The notes: generated by a model from the letters alone, not told the origin. A DNA stretch of 49,627 nt from a bacterium (GCA_041497675.1 JBGQGY010000011.1:1-49627), one strand, 5' to 3'; positions 1 to 10,144 are shown, counted from the first letter of the stretch. Translations and numbers: made by a program.

Positions 1-2
1 CG

Positions 3-11
3 TGGTATAAT
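3..11 (+). promoter_or_regulatory. Extended -10 promoter element (TGgTATAAT) upstream of ruvC
   Basis: Perfect TATAAT at 6-11 preceded by TGn, 14 nt upstream of the first ruvC start codon; -35 would lie outside the window. Confidence 0.6.
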
Positions 12-25
12 CGAACGCAGGTTCG

Positions 26-580
26 GTGATGCCGACGGCTTCCTCGACTCTGCGTCCTTCTCAGCCGACCGTGCAGGCGAACGCGCCCCTCATCGTCGGT
101 CTTGATCCCGGGCTTCAGCACACGGGGTACGGCGTGCTGAGGAGTGAGGGCCCTCGTCCACACGTCCTCGAGTGCGGCGTGGTGTCCACACACAACGGGA
201 GCGACCTCGGCGTCCGTCTTCGTCATATCCACCACGACATCGAGAGGCTGCTGCGTGAAGTGCGGCCGGATCTGGTTGTGCTCGAAGACCTCTTCACCCA
301 CAGCCGGTTTCCCCGCACGGCCATCATCCTCGGACACGTCCGGGGCGTGATCTGTCTGGCTGCCGCGTCGGCCGGTCTTCACGTCCTCGCGCTTGCGCCC
401 AGTGTGGTGAAGCGCGCGGTCACGGGATCGGGACGGGCGAGCAAGCCTCAGGTGCAGGCCGCGCTGTGCGGGTTGCTCGGGTTGCGAACCCTCACGAACT
501 CCCACGCTGCCGACGCCCTGGCCTTGGCGTATGCGGGGCTGGCGCGTCGCGCCGGTCTGCGCATCGAGGCGCGGCGATGA
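26..580 (+). CDS. ruvC: Crossover junction endodeoxyribonuclease RuvC (start uncertain, could be GTG 71)
   Basis: GLDPG, VVLEDLF, VKRAVTGSGRASKPQV and HAADALALA motifs; upstream of ruvA/ruvB. Confidence 0.95.
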   Translation: MMPTASSTLRPSQPTVQANAPLIVGLDPGLQHTGYGVLRSEGPRPHVLECGVVSTHNGSDLGVRLRHIHHDIERLLREVRPDLVVLEDLFTHSRFPRTAIILGHVRGVICLAAASAGLHVLALAPSVVKRAVTGSGRASKPQVQAALCGLLGLRTLTNSHAADALALAYAGLARRAGLRIEARR

Positions 581-1215
581 TCGGCTATCTCCGCGGTCGC
601 ATCCTGCGGCGCGGCGAGGGCGTGATCATCCTCGATGCCGGCGGCGTCGGGTACGAGGTGTGGCTGCCGCCGGTCGTTGAGGCGGCCCTGCCGGCCGGAG
701 ATGACGGCCAGCTCGAGCTCTTCATCTCGTACCACGTGTCGGCGAACCAGCCGCGGCCGGTGCTCGTGGGATTCCTGCGTGAAGTTGAACAAGAGTTTTT
801 CGACCGCTTCATTACGGTTGACGGCCTGGGACCTACCAAAGCGCTTCGCGCTATGGTGAAGTCGGTGCACGAGATCGCCGACGCGGTCGAGCGGCGTGAT
901 GTCGCCTTTCTGAGGCGCCTGCCGGGGATCGGCACTCGCACCGCGGAGAAGGTTGTGGCGGCGCTGCACGGGAAGATGGGCAAATACGCGCTGCTACGCG
1001 AGACGGCCGGGGCCGAGAAGACCGAACCGGCCGGTTTCAAAGAGGAGGTCATCGAGGTGTTGACGCGGCAGTTGGGCCACCGGGCCGCCGAAGCCCGCCG
1101 CATGGTTGATGAGGCCCTGGCCCGCGCGCCGCACGTCGATTCGGCCGAAGCGTTGTTTCAGGAAGTCTATCGATTACAGCGGGGCACGCCTGATGAACAG
1201 GGCATGCGCACATGA
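577..1215 (+). CDS. ruvA: Holliday junction branch migration protein RuvA
   Basis: MIGYLRG start overlapping ruvC stop (ATGA); GGVGYEV, HhH motifs VDGLGP and [11 protein letters not shown]. Confidence 0.95.
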   Translation: MIGYLRGRILRRGEGVIILDAGGVGYEVWLPPVVEAALPAGDDGQLELFISYHVSANQPRPVLVGFLREVEQEFFDRFITVDGLGPTKALRAMVKSVHEIADAVERRDVAFLRRLPGIGTRTAEKVVAALHGKMGKYALLRETAGAEKTEPAGFKEEVIEVLTRQLGHRAAEARRMVDEALARAPHVDSAEALFQEVYRLQRGTPDEQGMRT

Positions 1216-2243
1216 CGCGGCAGCGTCTCGAGCCTGAGGCAGCGGCCGAAGAGGAGAAAGTTCTCCGCACGCTGCGCCCGCAGGCCCTCGATGAGTGCAT
1301 CGGGCAGGCGCGCGTGATCGAAGGCCTGCGCATCAGCATCCAGGCGGCGAAAGGGCGCAGCGAACCATTGGACCACGTCCTGTTGCACGGACCGCCCGGT
1401 CTCGGCAAGACTACCCTGGCCGGCGTCGTCGCCCACGAGATGGGCGCTGAGTTCGTGACCACGAGCGGACCGGCCCTCGAGCGCGGCGGCGATCTGATGG
1501 GCATTTTGACCAACCTGAACGGCGGCGACGTGCTGTTCATCGACGAGATCCACCGTTTGTCGAGGACCATCGAAGAGTTGCTCTACCCGGCGATGGAGGA
1601 TTTTTGCGTCAACTTCGTGCTCGACAAGGGTCAGCACGCGCGCACGCTGCGCTACCAACTCCGGCCCTTCACCCTGGTGGGCGCGACGACGCGCGCGGGG
1701 CTGCTCTCCTCGCCGTTGCGCGAGCGGTTTGGGATCTTTCACCATCTCGACTTCTTTTCGGTGGACGAACTGGTGCAGGTGGTCCAGCGATCGGCCGGCA
1801 TCCTGGGCGTGCCGATCCAACCCGACGGCGCGCCGGAGATCGCGCGCCGGTCCCGGGGCACGCCGCGCATCGCCAACCGGCTCCTGCGTCGCGTGCGTGA
1901 TTTTGCCGAGGTGCGGGCGGATGGCGTCATCACACACGATGTGGCGCGTCAGGCGCTCGAATTCGAGGGCGTGGATCACCTTGGGCTCGATGGTCTCGAC
2001 CGCGATCTCTTGAAGACGCTCATCCAGACCTACGGCGGCGGTCCCGCCGGTATCGAGGCGCTTGCCGCCTCGTTGCACGAAGAACCCGAAACGCTCGAAG
2101 AGGTCGTCGAGCCGTTTCTGCTCAAGGCCGGCCTGATCGCGCGGACGCCGACGGGCCGCCGGGCGACCGTCGCGGCCTACCAGCACCTCCGGATCACGCC
2201 GCCTGATGCCCCGAGGGGACAGGCGAGCCTGTTCAGTTCATGA
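1212..2243 (+). CDS. ruvB: Holliday junction branch migration helicase RuvB
   Basis: LRP..LDE..GQ, Walker A GPPGLGKT, Walker [29 protein letters not shown]. Confidence 0.97.
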   Translation: MTRQRLEPEAAAEEEKVLRTLRPQALDECIGQARVIEGLRISIQAAKGRSEPLDHVLLHGPPGLGKTTLAGVVAHEMGAEFVTTSGPALERGGDLMGILTNLNGGDVLFIDEIHRLSRTIEELLYPAMEDFCVNFVLDKGQHARTLRYQLRPFTLVGATTRAGLLSSPLRERFGIFHHLDFFSVDELVQVVQRSAGILGVPIQPDGAPEIARRSRGTPRIANRLLRRVRDFAEVRADGVITHDVARQALEFEGVDHLGLDGLDRDLLKTLIQTYGGGPAGIEALAASLHEEPETLEEVVEPFLLKAGLIARTPTGRRATVAAYQHLRITPPDAPRGQASLFSS

Positions 2244-2277
2244 CCCCGCTGGGCGTCCTGGTTCGACGGTAGCCCCA

Positions 2278-3414
2278 TTGCGCATCGCGACGCGTGTCCT
2301 CGCAGGGGTAGTCTGCGCGCTGATCGTGTCCGCCGCGGCGCCCCTGCGCGCGCAGGCGCCAGCCACGGTGCGCGTCGGACTCGTACTCGGGGCCGACTCG
2401 GCGGTCATCGGATCCGATGGGCCGATTGATGTGCTCGACGGGGATGGGAGCCGCCAGGACACGCTTGGCGGCGGGCGCCTGATGGCCCGGCCGGCGGCCA
2501 CCGGTATCGAGCTCGGCGGCACGATCTATGTCGGTGCCGTGCGATTGCAGCCGCGCGCCGGGTTGCTCCAACTCAACGCGAGACCCTATCGCGGCATGCT
2601 CGAACTCCGCCGGACGCCGCAGGGCCGGCTGACCGTCATCAACGCGCTCGATCTCGAAGAGTATCTCTACGGGGTCGTGCGCAGCGAGATGGATCCGCGC
2701 TGGCCCCCGGAAGTCCTCCGAGCGCAGGCCGTCGCGGCCCGGTCGCTCGGACTGTATTGGGCGGGGCGCTACGCGGCGGAGGGGTACGACGTGCGCGCCA
2801 CGACCGACAATCAGGTCTACGGCGGCGTCGCCGCCGAGGACCCGCGCAGCACTGCGGCGGTGGACGCGACGCGCGGCACCGTGATGACGTATGGTGGCCG
2901 GCCGGTGTTTGCGGCGTATCACACCGATTCCGGAGGCGCCACCGAGAATAGCGAGTTCGTGTGGGGATCGGTGACGCCGTACCTCCGCGGGGTCGACGAT
3001 CCGTACGCGAGGGATGCCGCCAACCAGGGGCACGAGTGGACGCTGCGTCTGTCGCTCGCCGATCTCGAGGGACGGCTGCAGCGCGCGGGCCGCCCGGTCG
3101 GTGGCATCCAGCGTCTCGACGTGGCCGCGACGAGCCCGACGGGCCGCGTGATCTCGCTCCGGGTGATCGGAGGGGCGGGCGTCATCGAGATCCGCGGGAC
3201 GGAGTTTCGCATCGCGATCGGCGCCAATGTGCTGCGGAGTACGATGTTTACGGTGCGCACCGCGGGTGACGCGGTAGAGTTCGCCGGCCGAGGGTTTGGT
3301 CACGGCGTCGGGATGAGCCAGTGGGGGGCGCGCGGCCAGGCGCTGGCGGGTCGTGACGCCGTCGCGATCCTCAGATACTACTACACGGGGGTTACCGTCG
3401 GCCCGCGGCCCTGA
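2278..3414 (+). CDS. SpoIID/LytB family peptidoglycan lytic transglycosylase, exported (start uncertain)
   Basis: Signal-peptide-like N-terminus; LEEYLYGVV.SEM, AQAVAARS, QVYGG, GRGFGHGVGMSQWGA and ILRYYY motifs; usual position between ruvB and queA. Confidence 0.9.
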   Translation: MRIATRVLAGVVCALIVSAAAPLRAQAPATVRVGLVLGADSAVIGSDGPIDVLDGDGSRQDTLGGGRLMARPAATGIELGGTIYVGAVRLQPRAGLLQLNARPYRGMLELRRTPQGRLTVINALDLEEYLYGVVRSEMDPRWPPEVLRAQAVAARSLGLYWAGRYAAEGYDVRATTDNQVYGGVAAEDPRSTAAVDATRGTVMTYGGRPVFAAYHTDSGGATENSEFVWGSVTPYLRGVDDPYARDAANQGHEWTLRLSLADLEGRLQRAGRPVGGIQRLDVAATSPTGRVISLRVIGGAGVIEIRGTEFRIAIGANVLRSTMFTVRTAGDAVEFAGRGFGHGVGMSQWGARGQALAGRDAVAILRYYYTGVTVGPRP

Positions 3415-3434
3415 GGCCGACTGCACGGCTCCGC

Positions 3435-4451
3435 ATGCGGCTCGCTGATTTCGACTATCGCCTTCCCGCCGAACTGGTCGCGCAGCGACCCGTCTCTCCC
3501 CGCGATGCGTCGCGCGTGCTCGTGGTGCACCGGGATACCGGTTCGCTCGAGCACCGTATCTTTCGCGAGATCGGCGACTATCTCACGGCGGGCGACGTGC
3601 TGGTCGTCAACGACACGCGCGTGCTGCCCGCGCGGTTGCGCGGCCGCCGCGTGCCCGGTGGGGGGACCGCCGAGGTCTTTCTGCTGCGACCGGCGGCGGG
3701 CGGATCGTGGGAAGCGCTGGTGCGACCGGGCCGCCGGCTGCACCAGGGGACCATCGTGGAAGTCGGCCGGCGGGCGGTCTGGCTGGAGATCGGTGAACGG
3801 TTGGCCGACGGCCGCCGGGTGGTGCGAGTGCTGGGCGGCGGGGACATGCTCGATGTGCTTCGCGAGGCCGGTGAGGTGCCGCTGCCACCCTACATTCACG
3901 CCCCGGTGCAGGATCCCGGCGAATACCAGACGGTCTACGCCCGCGCCGACGGCGCTGTCGCGGCGCCGACCGCGGGGCTCCACTTCACGCCCGAGCTCCT
4001 GGCCCGTCTGCGCGGGCAGGGTGTCGAGATCGTCACGCTGACGCTGCACATCGGTCTGGGCACCTTCCAGCGGGTGGCGGCCGACGACATCCGAGATCAC
4101 CGGATGGAGGTCGAGCACTATACGATCACGCCCGAGGCCGCAGCGGCGGTCAACGCGCGGCGCGGGCGTCTGGTCGCGGTCGGGACCTCCACGGTGCGCG
4201 CGCTCGAAACGGTCGCCGCCGGCGACGGTCGGATCGCCGCCGCGACCGGCTGGTCCGGTTTGTTCATCTATCCCGGATTCGCGTTTCGTTTGGTGGAGGG
4301 GCTGGTTACGAACTTTCATCTCCCCAAGACGACGTTGTTGATGCTCGTGTGCGCCTTCGCCGGGCGCGACCTGATCCTCCGCGCCTACGATGAAGCCATG
4401 CGGCAGCGATACCGGTTCTATTCGTTTGGCGACGCGATGCTGATTCTCTAA
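3435..4451 (+). CDS. queA: S-adenosylmethionine:tRNA ribosyltransferase-isomerase QueA
   Basis: DFDYRLP.ELVAQ, PLPPYI, YQTVYA, AAPTAGLHFT, TNFHLPK, YRFYSFGDAM. Confidence 0.97.
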   Translation: MRLADFDYRLPAELVAQRPVSPRDASRVLVVHRDTGSLEHRIFREIGDYLTAGDVLVVNDTRVLPARLRGRRVPGGGTAEVFLLRPAAGGSWEALVRPGRRLHQGTIVEVGRRAVWLEIGERLADGRRVVRVLGGGDMLDVLREAGEVPLPPYIHAPVQDPGEYQTVYARADGAVAAPTAGLHFTPELLARLRGQGVEIVTLTLHIGLGTFQRVAADDIRDHRMEVEHYTITPEAAAAVNARRGRLVAVGTSTVRALETVAAGDGRIAAATGWSGLFIYPGFAFRLVEGLVTNFHLPKTTLLMLVCAFAGRDLILRAYDEAMRQRYRFYSFGDAMLIL

Positions 4452-4487
4452 AGGAGTACGGCGTGGAGCGAGAGAAAGTGACGGGCC

Positions 4488-6644
4488 ATGAATGATCCGA
4501 TCGCCGGGGCGTCGCTGACTCCCGGCGCGCAGTTGCTCGTGCAGAACGCCCTCTCGAAACGGCAGCCCAATCAGGCGCACCTGGGCGTCCACCACTGGCT
4601 GCTGGCGCTGGTCGAGCGGCACGGTCCGATGGCCGAGTCGCTCGCGGTCGGCGTGAACGCCTCGGCCCTGCGGGGCTATCTCTACCAGAAGATCCAAACC
4701 GGCGATCTCGGCCCCGCCCTCAGCGCGGACGACGTCACCAAACAGGCGGCCGAGCGTGCCACGAAGCGCGGGCTCGCCAGCGCCGCCGAGCGCGACGTCG
4801 CCGCCGTGATTCTTGGTGCCGCCGGGTACACGCTGACGGCGCCGGGTCCGGCGGCTTCGCCCGCGGCCACCGTCCCCGATGCCGCCTACCGGCCTCGTGC
4901 CACGCGGCCCACGCCCATGCTCGAGCAGTTCGGGCGAGACCTGACGCGTGAGGCGCAGGACGGCAAACTCACCCCGGTCGTCGGCCGTCAAGACGAGGTG
5001 CAGCTGGTTATTGAGACGTTGTGCCGGCGCACCAAACGCAACCCCGTGTTGGTCGGGCCCGCGGGGGTCGGGAAGACCGCCATCGTCGAGGGACTGGCGC
5101 AGCGCGTCGTGCGCGGTGAGGCGCCGGCGCCGCTTGTGGGCGCGCGCGTGCTCGCCCTGTTGCCGTCGCTGCTGGTGGCCGGCGCAGGCGTCGTCGGCGA
5201 GCTGCAGACTCGCATGAAGGGCATCCTGGCCGAGGCGAGCCAGGACGGCGTCATCCTGTTTATTGACGAGGTGCACTCGGTCATCGGGGCAGGCGGGCGG
5301 CCGGGCTCCGACGACATCGCCAGCCTGTTGAAGCCGGCGCTGGCGCGGGGTGACCTGGCCTGCATCGCGGCGACGACCGACGACGAATACCGGCGATTTA
5401 TCGAGCCCGACGCCGCGCTCGAGCGGCGCTTCCAGCCGGTCCGGGTCCAGGAGTTGACGCCGGACCAAACGCTCGAGGTGATCAAGACACACCGCGATGT
5501 GCTCTCGCGTCTTCGCGGTGTGGCGGTGAGCGACGACGTCCTGCGCTGGCTGGTGGATTTTGCCCAGCAGTATCTGCGCAACCGGTACTTCCCCGACAAG
5601 GCGGTCGATCTGGTGGAGCAGTGCGTGGCCAACGCCGTGACCGACGGGAAGACCAGCGTCGATGAGGCCACCGCCCGGACGGTGGCCGAGCGCATGATCG
5701 GCATGCCGCTCGCCCTGGACGATCGGCTGAAGACTCTCAGCGACCGTCTCACCGCGCGCGCGCTGCTCGGTGAAGACGACATCCAGATGCTGGTGAACCG
5801 GCTGCAGGTCACGATGCGCGGGATGGACGTCCGCCCCGCCCGGCCAAACGCCGTGGTGTTGCTCGCGGGCGACGCGGCATCGCAGAGCGAGACGCTCTCC
5901 CATATCGTCGCGGAGGCGCTCTTCGGAGCGGCCACCCGTGAGATCATCATGGACCTAAGCCGGTGCGTCCATCCGGCCGACGTGACGATGTTGATCGGCG
6001 CGCCGCCCGGGTACGTCGGCTACGAGGACGCGGTGCCCCTGCACCGCTTGGCGCAGGCGCCCTGGTCGGTGCTCCGGTTCGAACACATCGACGCGTGTCA
6101 CCCGCAGGTGCGTGACGTCGTGACCCAGGCTATTTCCGAGGGCGCCATCACCGATGGCCGCGGGCGGAGGTTGTATCTTTCGGACACGGTCGTATTGATG
6201 ACGGCCGGTGTGGAAGTCCACACGACCCACCCCATCGGGTTTCAGCGCGGCGATGCGGCGCCTGCGCGGCCCGCGCACGTTGACGTCGCCGGCGGCGTGG
6301 GTGAAGCGCTGGCGGCGCAGGTCGATCTGGTGTGTACCGCCGTGCTGCAAACGGATGCCACGCGCCGGCGGTGGATCGAAGACTCGCTGCTCGCCGATCT
6401 CTCCGAACGCTACCGCAAACACGGCGTGAACCTCAAATGGGACGAAAGTTTCGTCCGGTGGCTGCTCGAGCGCCACGGCGCGTCGGCCAACCAGCGCGGC
6501 TGGGAGCGCGTGATGGACGAATCGCTGGGGCCACTGCTGATGCCGTACGTACCGGCGGCCACGATCGCGAAACCGGCGTCGCTGCTGATCACCTGCACGG
6601 ACGGGACGGTGCGCATCGAGCGCACTATAGAGGGAGGAGCCTAG
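4488..6644 (+). CDS. ClpA/ClpC-like AAA+ ATPase with degenerate second nucleotide-binding domain
   Basis: Clp N-domain-like start; NBD1 GPAGVGKT / FIDEVH / ALERRF / PDKAVDL; NBD2 region keeps GAPPGYVGY and IGF but lacks Walker A/B consensus. Confidence 0.85.
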   Translation: MNDPIAGASLTPGAQLLVQNALSKRQPNQAHLGVHHWLLALVERHGPMAESLAVGVNASALRGYLYQKIQTGDLGPALSADDVTKQAAERATKRGLASAAERDVAAVILGAAGYTLTAPGPAASPAATVPDAAYRPRATRPTPMLEQFGRDLTREAQDGKLTPVVGRQDEVQLVIETLCRRTKRNPVLVGPAGVGKTAIVEGLAQRVVRGEAPAPLVGARVLALLPSLLVAGAGVVGELQTRMKGILAEASQDGVILFIDEVHSVIGAGGRPGSDDIASLLKPALARGDLACIAATTDDEYRRFIEPDAALERRFQPVRVQELTPDQTLEVIKTHRDVLSRLRGVAVSDDVLRWLVDFAQQYLRNRYFPDKAVDLVEQCVANAVTDGKTSVDEATARTVAERMIGMPLALDDRLKTLSDRLTARALLGEDDIQMLVNRLQVTMRGMDVRPARPNAVVLLAGDAASQSETLSHIVAEALFGAATREIIMDLSRCVHPADVTMLIGAPPGYVGYEDAVPLHRLAQAPWSVLRFEHIDACHPQVRDVVTQAISEGAITDGRGRRLYLSDTVVLMTAGVEVHTTHPIGFQRGDAAPARPAHVDVAGGVGEALAAQVDLVCTAVLQTDATRRRWIEDSLLADLSERYRKHGVNLKWDESFVRWLLERHGASANQRGWERVMDESLGPLLMPYVPAATIAKPASLLITCTDGTVRIERTIEGGA

Positions 6645-6646
6645 AC

Positions 6647-7084
6647 GTGGAGTTCAAGAACGACACGCAGAAGGCGCACTTCGAGAAGATCGGTCAGTAC
6701 ATGAAGGATCTGTTCGGCGAGATGGCCAACGCGCGCGACGACATGCCCGCCCACTACCTGATGATGGGATCGGCCATGGTGCAGGTCTTCATTCTTCAAT
6801 GGGGCGACAAGGAGACGGTCATCAACTGCCGCGCCTACGTCGTCACCGGAGCCGAGCGGACGCCGGAGATGCTCGAGTACCTACTGCGCGAAAACTACGA
6901 TATGCGCTTTGGCGCCTTTGGACTCGATAAAGAGGGCGCGATCACCTTCGAACAAAACATCATCGGCTCGACCTGTGACAAAAACGAGCTGAAGGCATCG
7001 GTGATGGCGGTCTTGGGCACGGCCGACAAGTATGACGATGAGATCGTGGCCCGTTGGGGCGGCAAGCGGTCCTCGGATCGGTAG
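6647..7084 (+). CDS. YbjN-like (type III secretion chaperone fold) protein
   Basis: GTG start with GGAGG RBS, 2 nt after Clp stop; LLRENYDMRFGAFGLD...ADKYDDEIVARWGG resembles YbjN-family proteins. Confidence 0.7.
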   Translation: MEFKNDTQKAHFEKIGQYMKDLFGEMANARDDMPAHYLMMGSAMVQVFILQWGDKETVINCRAYVVTGAERTPEMLEYLLRENYDMRFGAFGLDKEGAITFEQNIIGSTCDKNELKASVMAVLGTADKYDDEIVARWGGKRSSDR

Positions 7085-7106
7085 CCAACCGGTCGGTGTG
7101 CGGCGA

Positions 7107-7595
7107 TCAGGACTGCGTGCGCGTCCAGCCGCGCGAGGTGGGACTCCAGTCTTTGATGGGCCGATTCAGATAGTCCTTTTCCGCAACCATGTAGCCCGCG
7201 GCTTCGAGCCGCCGGCGGGCCTCGGCGTAGTATCGATAGTCGATCTGCCACGCATTGCCGCGGACCGGGTTTTGATAGGCGCCCAGCCCGCCGAGAAGCT
7301 TCTTGATATTCTCTTCCTCAGTGGCCTCGCCACGGATCTCGACGCTGCTGTTGATGGTCCCGTGGGCGGTGACGGTGGGGGCCTTCGGTGGCGCGCCGGG
7401 CCGGCCGCCGGGGTTCAACGATGACACGGGCACCTCGAGGCCGCTCGACGGCGCGGCGGGTTTGGCCGCGGCCTGGGCCGTGGCGCCCGCGCCGCCGGTC
7501 TGAGCCGCGGTCCGGGCGGCTTTCATCGCCTCAGCCTTCGCTTTTAGCGCGGCAATCTTGTCGTCCCGCGACTGTTGTCCGGCCTCGTCTGCCAT
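7107..7595 (-). CDS. Hypothetical protein: Ala/Pro-rich N-terminus plus compact C-terminal domain
   Basis: ATG with GAGGGG RBS and TAGAAT upstream; fills the gap between convergent/divergent genes; protein-like C-terminal half. Confidence 0.7.
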   Translation of the reverse strand: MADEAGQQSRDDKIAALKAKAEAMKAARTAAQTGGAGATAQAAAKPAAPSSGLEVPVSSLNPGGRPGAPPKAPTVTAHGTINSSVEIRGEATEEENIKKLLGGLGAYQNPVRGNAWQIDYRYYAEARRRLEAAGYMVAEKDYLNRPIKDWSPTSRGWTRTQS

Positions 7596-7628
7596 ACGAT
7601 CCCCCTCAGTGGCGGCGCGTCCGCCGCC

Positions 7629-7634
7629 ATTCTA
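7629..7634 (-). promoter_or_regulatory. Probable -10 element (TAGAAT) for the minus-strand hypothetical gene
   Basis: ATTCTA on + = TAGAAT on -, 33 nt upstream of ATG 7595; adjacent 8-bp inverted repeat 7610-7629. Confidence 0.4.
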
Positions 7635-7683
7635 TCGTGTTGAACGGGACGGCGGCAACACCTGCACGGACGGCCGGGCCACG

Positions 7684-8940
7684 ATGACGCAGGTCGTCAG
7701 GGATGATCCCTGGGAGATGGCGTTGCGGCAGTTCGCGCAAGTCGCCCGCCGTCTGTCGCTGAAGCGGGGTATCGACGATCTTCTCCGGACCCCGCAGCGC
7801 GAGCTCACCGTGCGGTTTCCGGTCAACATGGACGATGGGACCGTCCGCGTGTTTACGGGCTACCGCGTCCACCACAGTGTGATCCTGGGCCCGACTAAGG
7901 GCGGCATCCGCTATCACCAGGACGTCACCTTGAACGAGGTCCGGGCGCTCGCGATGTGGATGACGTGGAAGTGCGCGCTGGTGAACCTGCCCTTCGGCGG
8001 CGCGAAGGGTGGGGTCATCGTCGACCCACGGACGTTGTCGCAGGGCGAACTCGAACGCCTGACGCGCCGCTACGCCCTGGAGATCACGCCGCTGGTGAGC
8101 CCGCACGGCGACATCCCGGCGCCGGACGTGGGGACCAACGCCCAGGTCATGGCCTGGATCATGGACACGTACAGCATGCACCACGGTCATTCGATCGCCG
8201 CGGTCGTCACCGGCAAACCCGTATCGATCGGCGGGTCGGTGGGTCGTGTTGAGGCCACCGGCCGCGGCGTGATGATCGCGGCCCGCGAGACCGCGCGCCT
8301 CCTGGGTCTGCCGTGGAAGGGCGCGCCGGTCGTCGTCCAGGGCTTTGGCAACGTCGGCTCCAACGCGGCGCGGCTCATGTGGCAGGACGGTTGCAAGGTG
8401 ATCGCCGTCTGCGACGTGGCGGGTGCCATCCACAACCCCGACGGATTCGATGTGGCCGCGCTGCAACAGCACGTCGCGCAGACCGGCAGCGTCGTCGGCT
8501 TTCCGGGGGCGACCCCGATCGCGCACCGCGATCTGCTCGAGGTCCCCTGCACGTATCTCGTGCCCGCCGCCCTCGAAGGGCAGATCACCGCCGACAACGC
8601 CGAGCGGATCCGCGCCCGCGTCATCGTGGAGGGCGCCAACGGCCCGACAACCCCGGAGGCCGACGAGATCCTCGGCGCGCGCGGTACGACGATCGTGCCG
8701 GACATCCTGGCCAACTCCGGAGGGGTCATCGTGTCGTACTTCGAGTGGGTGCAAGATTTACAAAGCCTGTTCTGGAGCGAGGACGACATCAACGAGCGGC
8801 TTGAACGCCTGATGATCCGCAGCGTGCGCGACGTGTTCGACGTGGCGCGCAAGCAGGGGATCGGGCTCCGGCTCGCCGCGCTCCAGCGCGCGGTCGACCG
8901 GGTCGCCGGCGCGCTGATGATCCGCGGTATCTATCCCTAA
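7684..8940 (+). CDS. gdhA: Glu/Leu/Phe/Val dehydrogenase (glutamate dehydrogenase-like)
   Basis: GPTKGGIRY, MTWKCA, GGAKGG, DIPAPD, GRVEATGRG, QGFGNVG, EGANGP, VSYFEW. Confidence 0.92.
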   Translation: MTQVVRDDPWEMALRQFAQVARRLSLKRGIDDLLRTPQRELTVRFPVNMDDGTVRVFTGYRVHHSVILGPTKGGIRYHQDVTLNEVRALAMWMTWKCALVNLPFGGAKGGVIVDPRTLSQGELERLTRRYALEITPLVSPHGDIPAPDVGTNAQVMAWIMDTYSMHHGHSIAAVVTGKPVSIGGSVGRVEATGRGVMIAARETARLLGLPWKGAPVVVQGFGNVGSNAARLMWQDGCKVIAVCDVAGAIHNPDGFDVAALQQHVAQTGSVVGFPGATPIAHRDLLEVPCTYLVPAALEGQITADNAERIRARVIVEGANGPTTPEADEILGARGTTIVPDILANSGGVIVSYFEWVQDLQSLFWSEDDINERLERLMIRSVRDVFDVARKQGIGLRLAALQRAVDRVAGALMIRGIYP

Positions 8941-8973
8941 CCTGTTGAACCCGCCGATCCTCCGCGACCTGTG

Positions 8974-10083
8974 ATGCGTTTTGAATTGATCTCGCAAGAC
9001 CCCGCCGGCGCGCGTCTGGGCCGGCTGCACACCTCGCGCGGCATCGTGGAGACACCGGCGTTCATGCCGGTCGGTACCAACGCCACGGTCAGGGCGATGA
9101 CGCCGGAGGAAGTTGCCGAGACCGGCGCGCAGATGATCCTGGCCAACGCGTTCCATCTCTACCTGCGCCCCGGCGCCGAGGTCATCGATCGCGCCGGAGG
9201 TCTGCACGCGTTCATGGGCTGGTCCGGCCCGATCCTGACCGACAGCGGAGGCTACCAGGTGCTCAGCCTGGCGAAGATCCGCACCCTGGACGAAGACGGG
9301 GTCACGTTTCGCTCGCCCGTCGACGGCAGTCTCCACCGGTTCACACCGGAGGGTGTGATCGATTTCCAGCGTGTCCTGGGATCGGATGTCGTGATGCCCC
9401 TCGATGTGTTGCTGGGATACCCGCACAGCGCGGAGCAAGCCCGGGGGGCGATGGAACACACATTGCGCTGGGCGGCGCGCGCCCGCGAGCATCACGCGCG
9501 CTCCGGCAGCGGTGCGCTCTTCGGCATCGTCCAGGGTGGGTTTGACGCAGATCTACGGGCCGAGGCCGCCCGGCGGACCGTGGCGATGGACTTCCCCGGG
9601 TACGCCATCGGCGGGCTGTCCGTCGGAGAGCCGCACGACCTGATGCACCGTTTGCTGGAAGTGGTGGACGCCGAACTGCCGCGCGACCGCCCCCGCTATC
9701 TGATGGGTGTGGGAAGCCCGCCCAGCCTGCTCGAAGGGATCGCCCGAGGGGTCGATCTGTTCGATTGCGCGCTGCCGACACGTGTCGCGCGGACGGGCGC
9801 CATTTTCACCACACAAGGCCGGATCAATATCCGCAACGCCGCCTTCCGCGATGACATGCGGCCGCCCGACCCCGACTGCTCGTGCCGTGTCTGCACGCGC
9901 ACGACGCGCGCGTATATGCGCCATCTGTTTGCCGCGGACGAGATGCTCGGGCCGCGGCTTGCGACGTATCACAACCTGGCATTCATGGGGCGGCTCGCAC
10001 GCGAGGCCCGTGGGGCGCTGGGCGACGGGCGCTACACCGCGTGGATGACGCGCACGCTGGGCGCGTATACGACACGGTGGTAG
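8974..10083 (+). CDS. tgt: tRNA-guanine transglycosylase
   Basis: TPAFMPVGT, LTDSGGYQ, GIVQGG, PRYLMGVG, Zn motif CSCRVC...HNL. Confidence 0.97.
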   Translation: MRFELISQDPAGARLGRLHTSRGIVETPAFMPVGTNATVRAMTPEEVAETGAQMILANAFHLYLRPGAEVIDRAGGLHAFMGWSGPILTDSGGYQVLSLAKIRTLDEDGVTFRSPVDGSLHRFTPEGVIDFQRVLGSDVVMPLDVLLGYPHSAEQARGAMEHTLRWAARAREHHARSGSGALFGIVQGGFDADLRAEAARRTVAMDFPGYAIGGLSVGEPHDLMHRLLEVVDAELPRDRPRYLMGVGSPPSLLEGIARGVDLFDCALPTRVARTGAIFTTQGRINIRNAAFRDDMRPPDPDCSCRVCTRTTRAYMRHLFAADEMLGPRLATYHNLAFMGRLAREARGALGDGRYTAWMTRTLGAYTTRW

Positions 10084-10144
10084 GCAGGAGATCATGTATC
10101 ATCGTGGAAAGTGAAGCGCCACCAGGTCGCCAGGAGGATATGTG

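Noticed and set aside
2278..3414. SpoIID domain as evidence of sporulation
   Set aside because: SpoIID/LytB proteins next to ruvB-queA are widespread in non-sporulating bacteria
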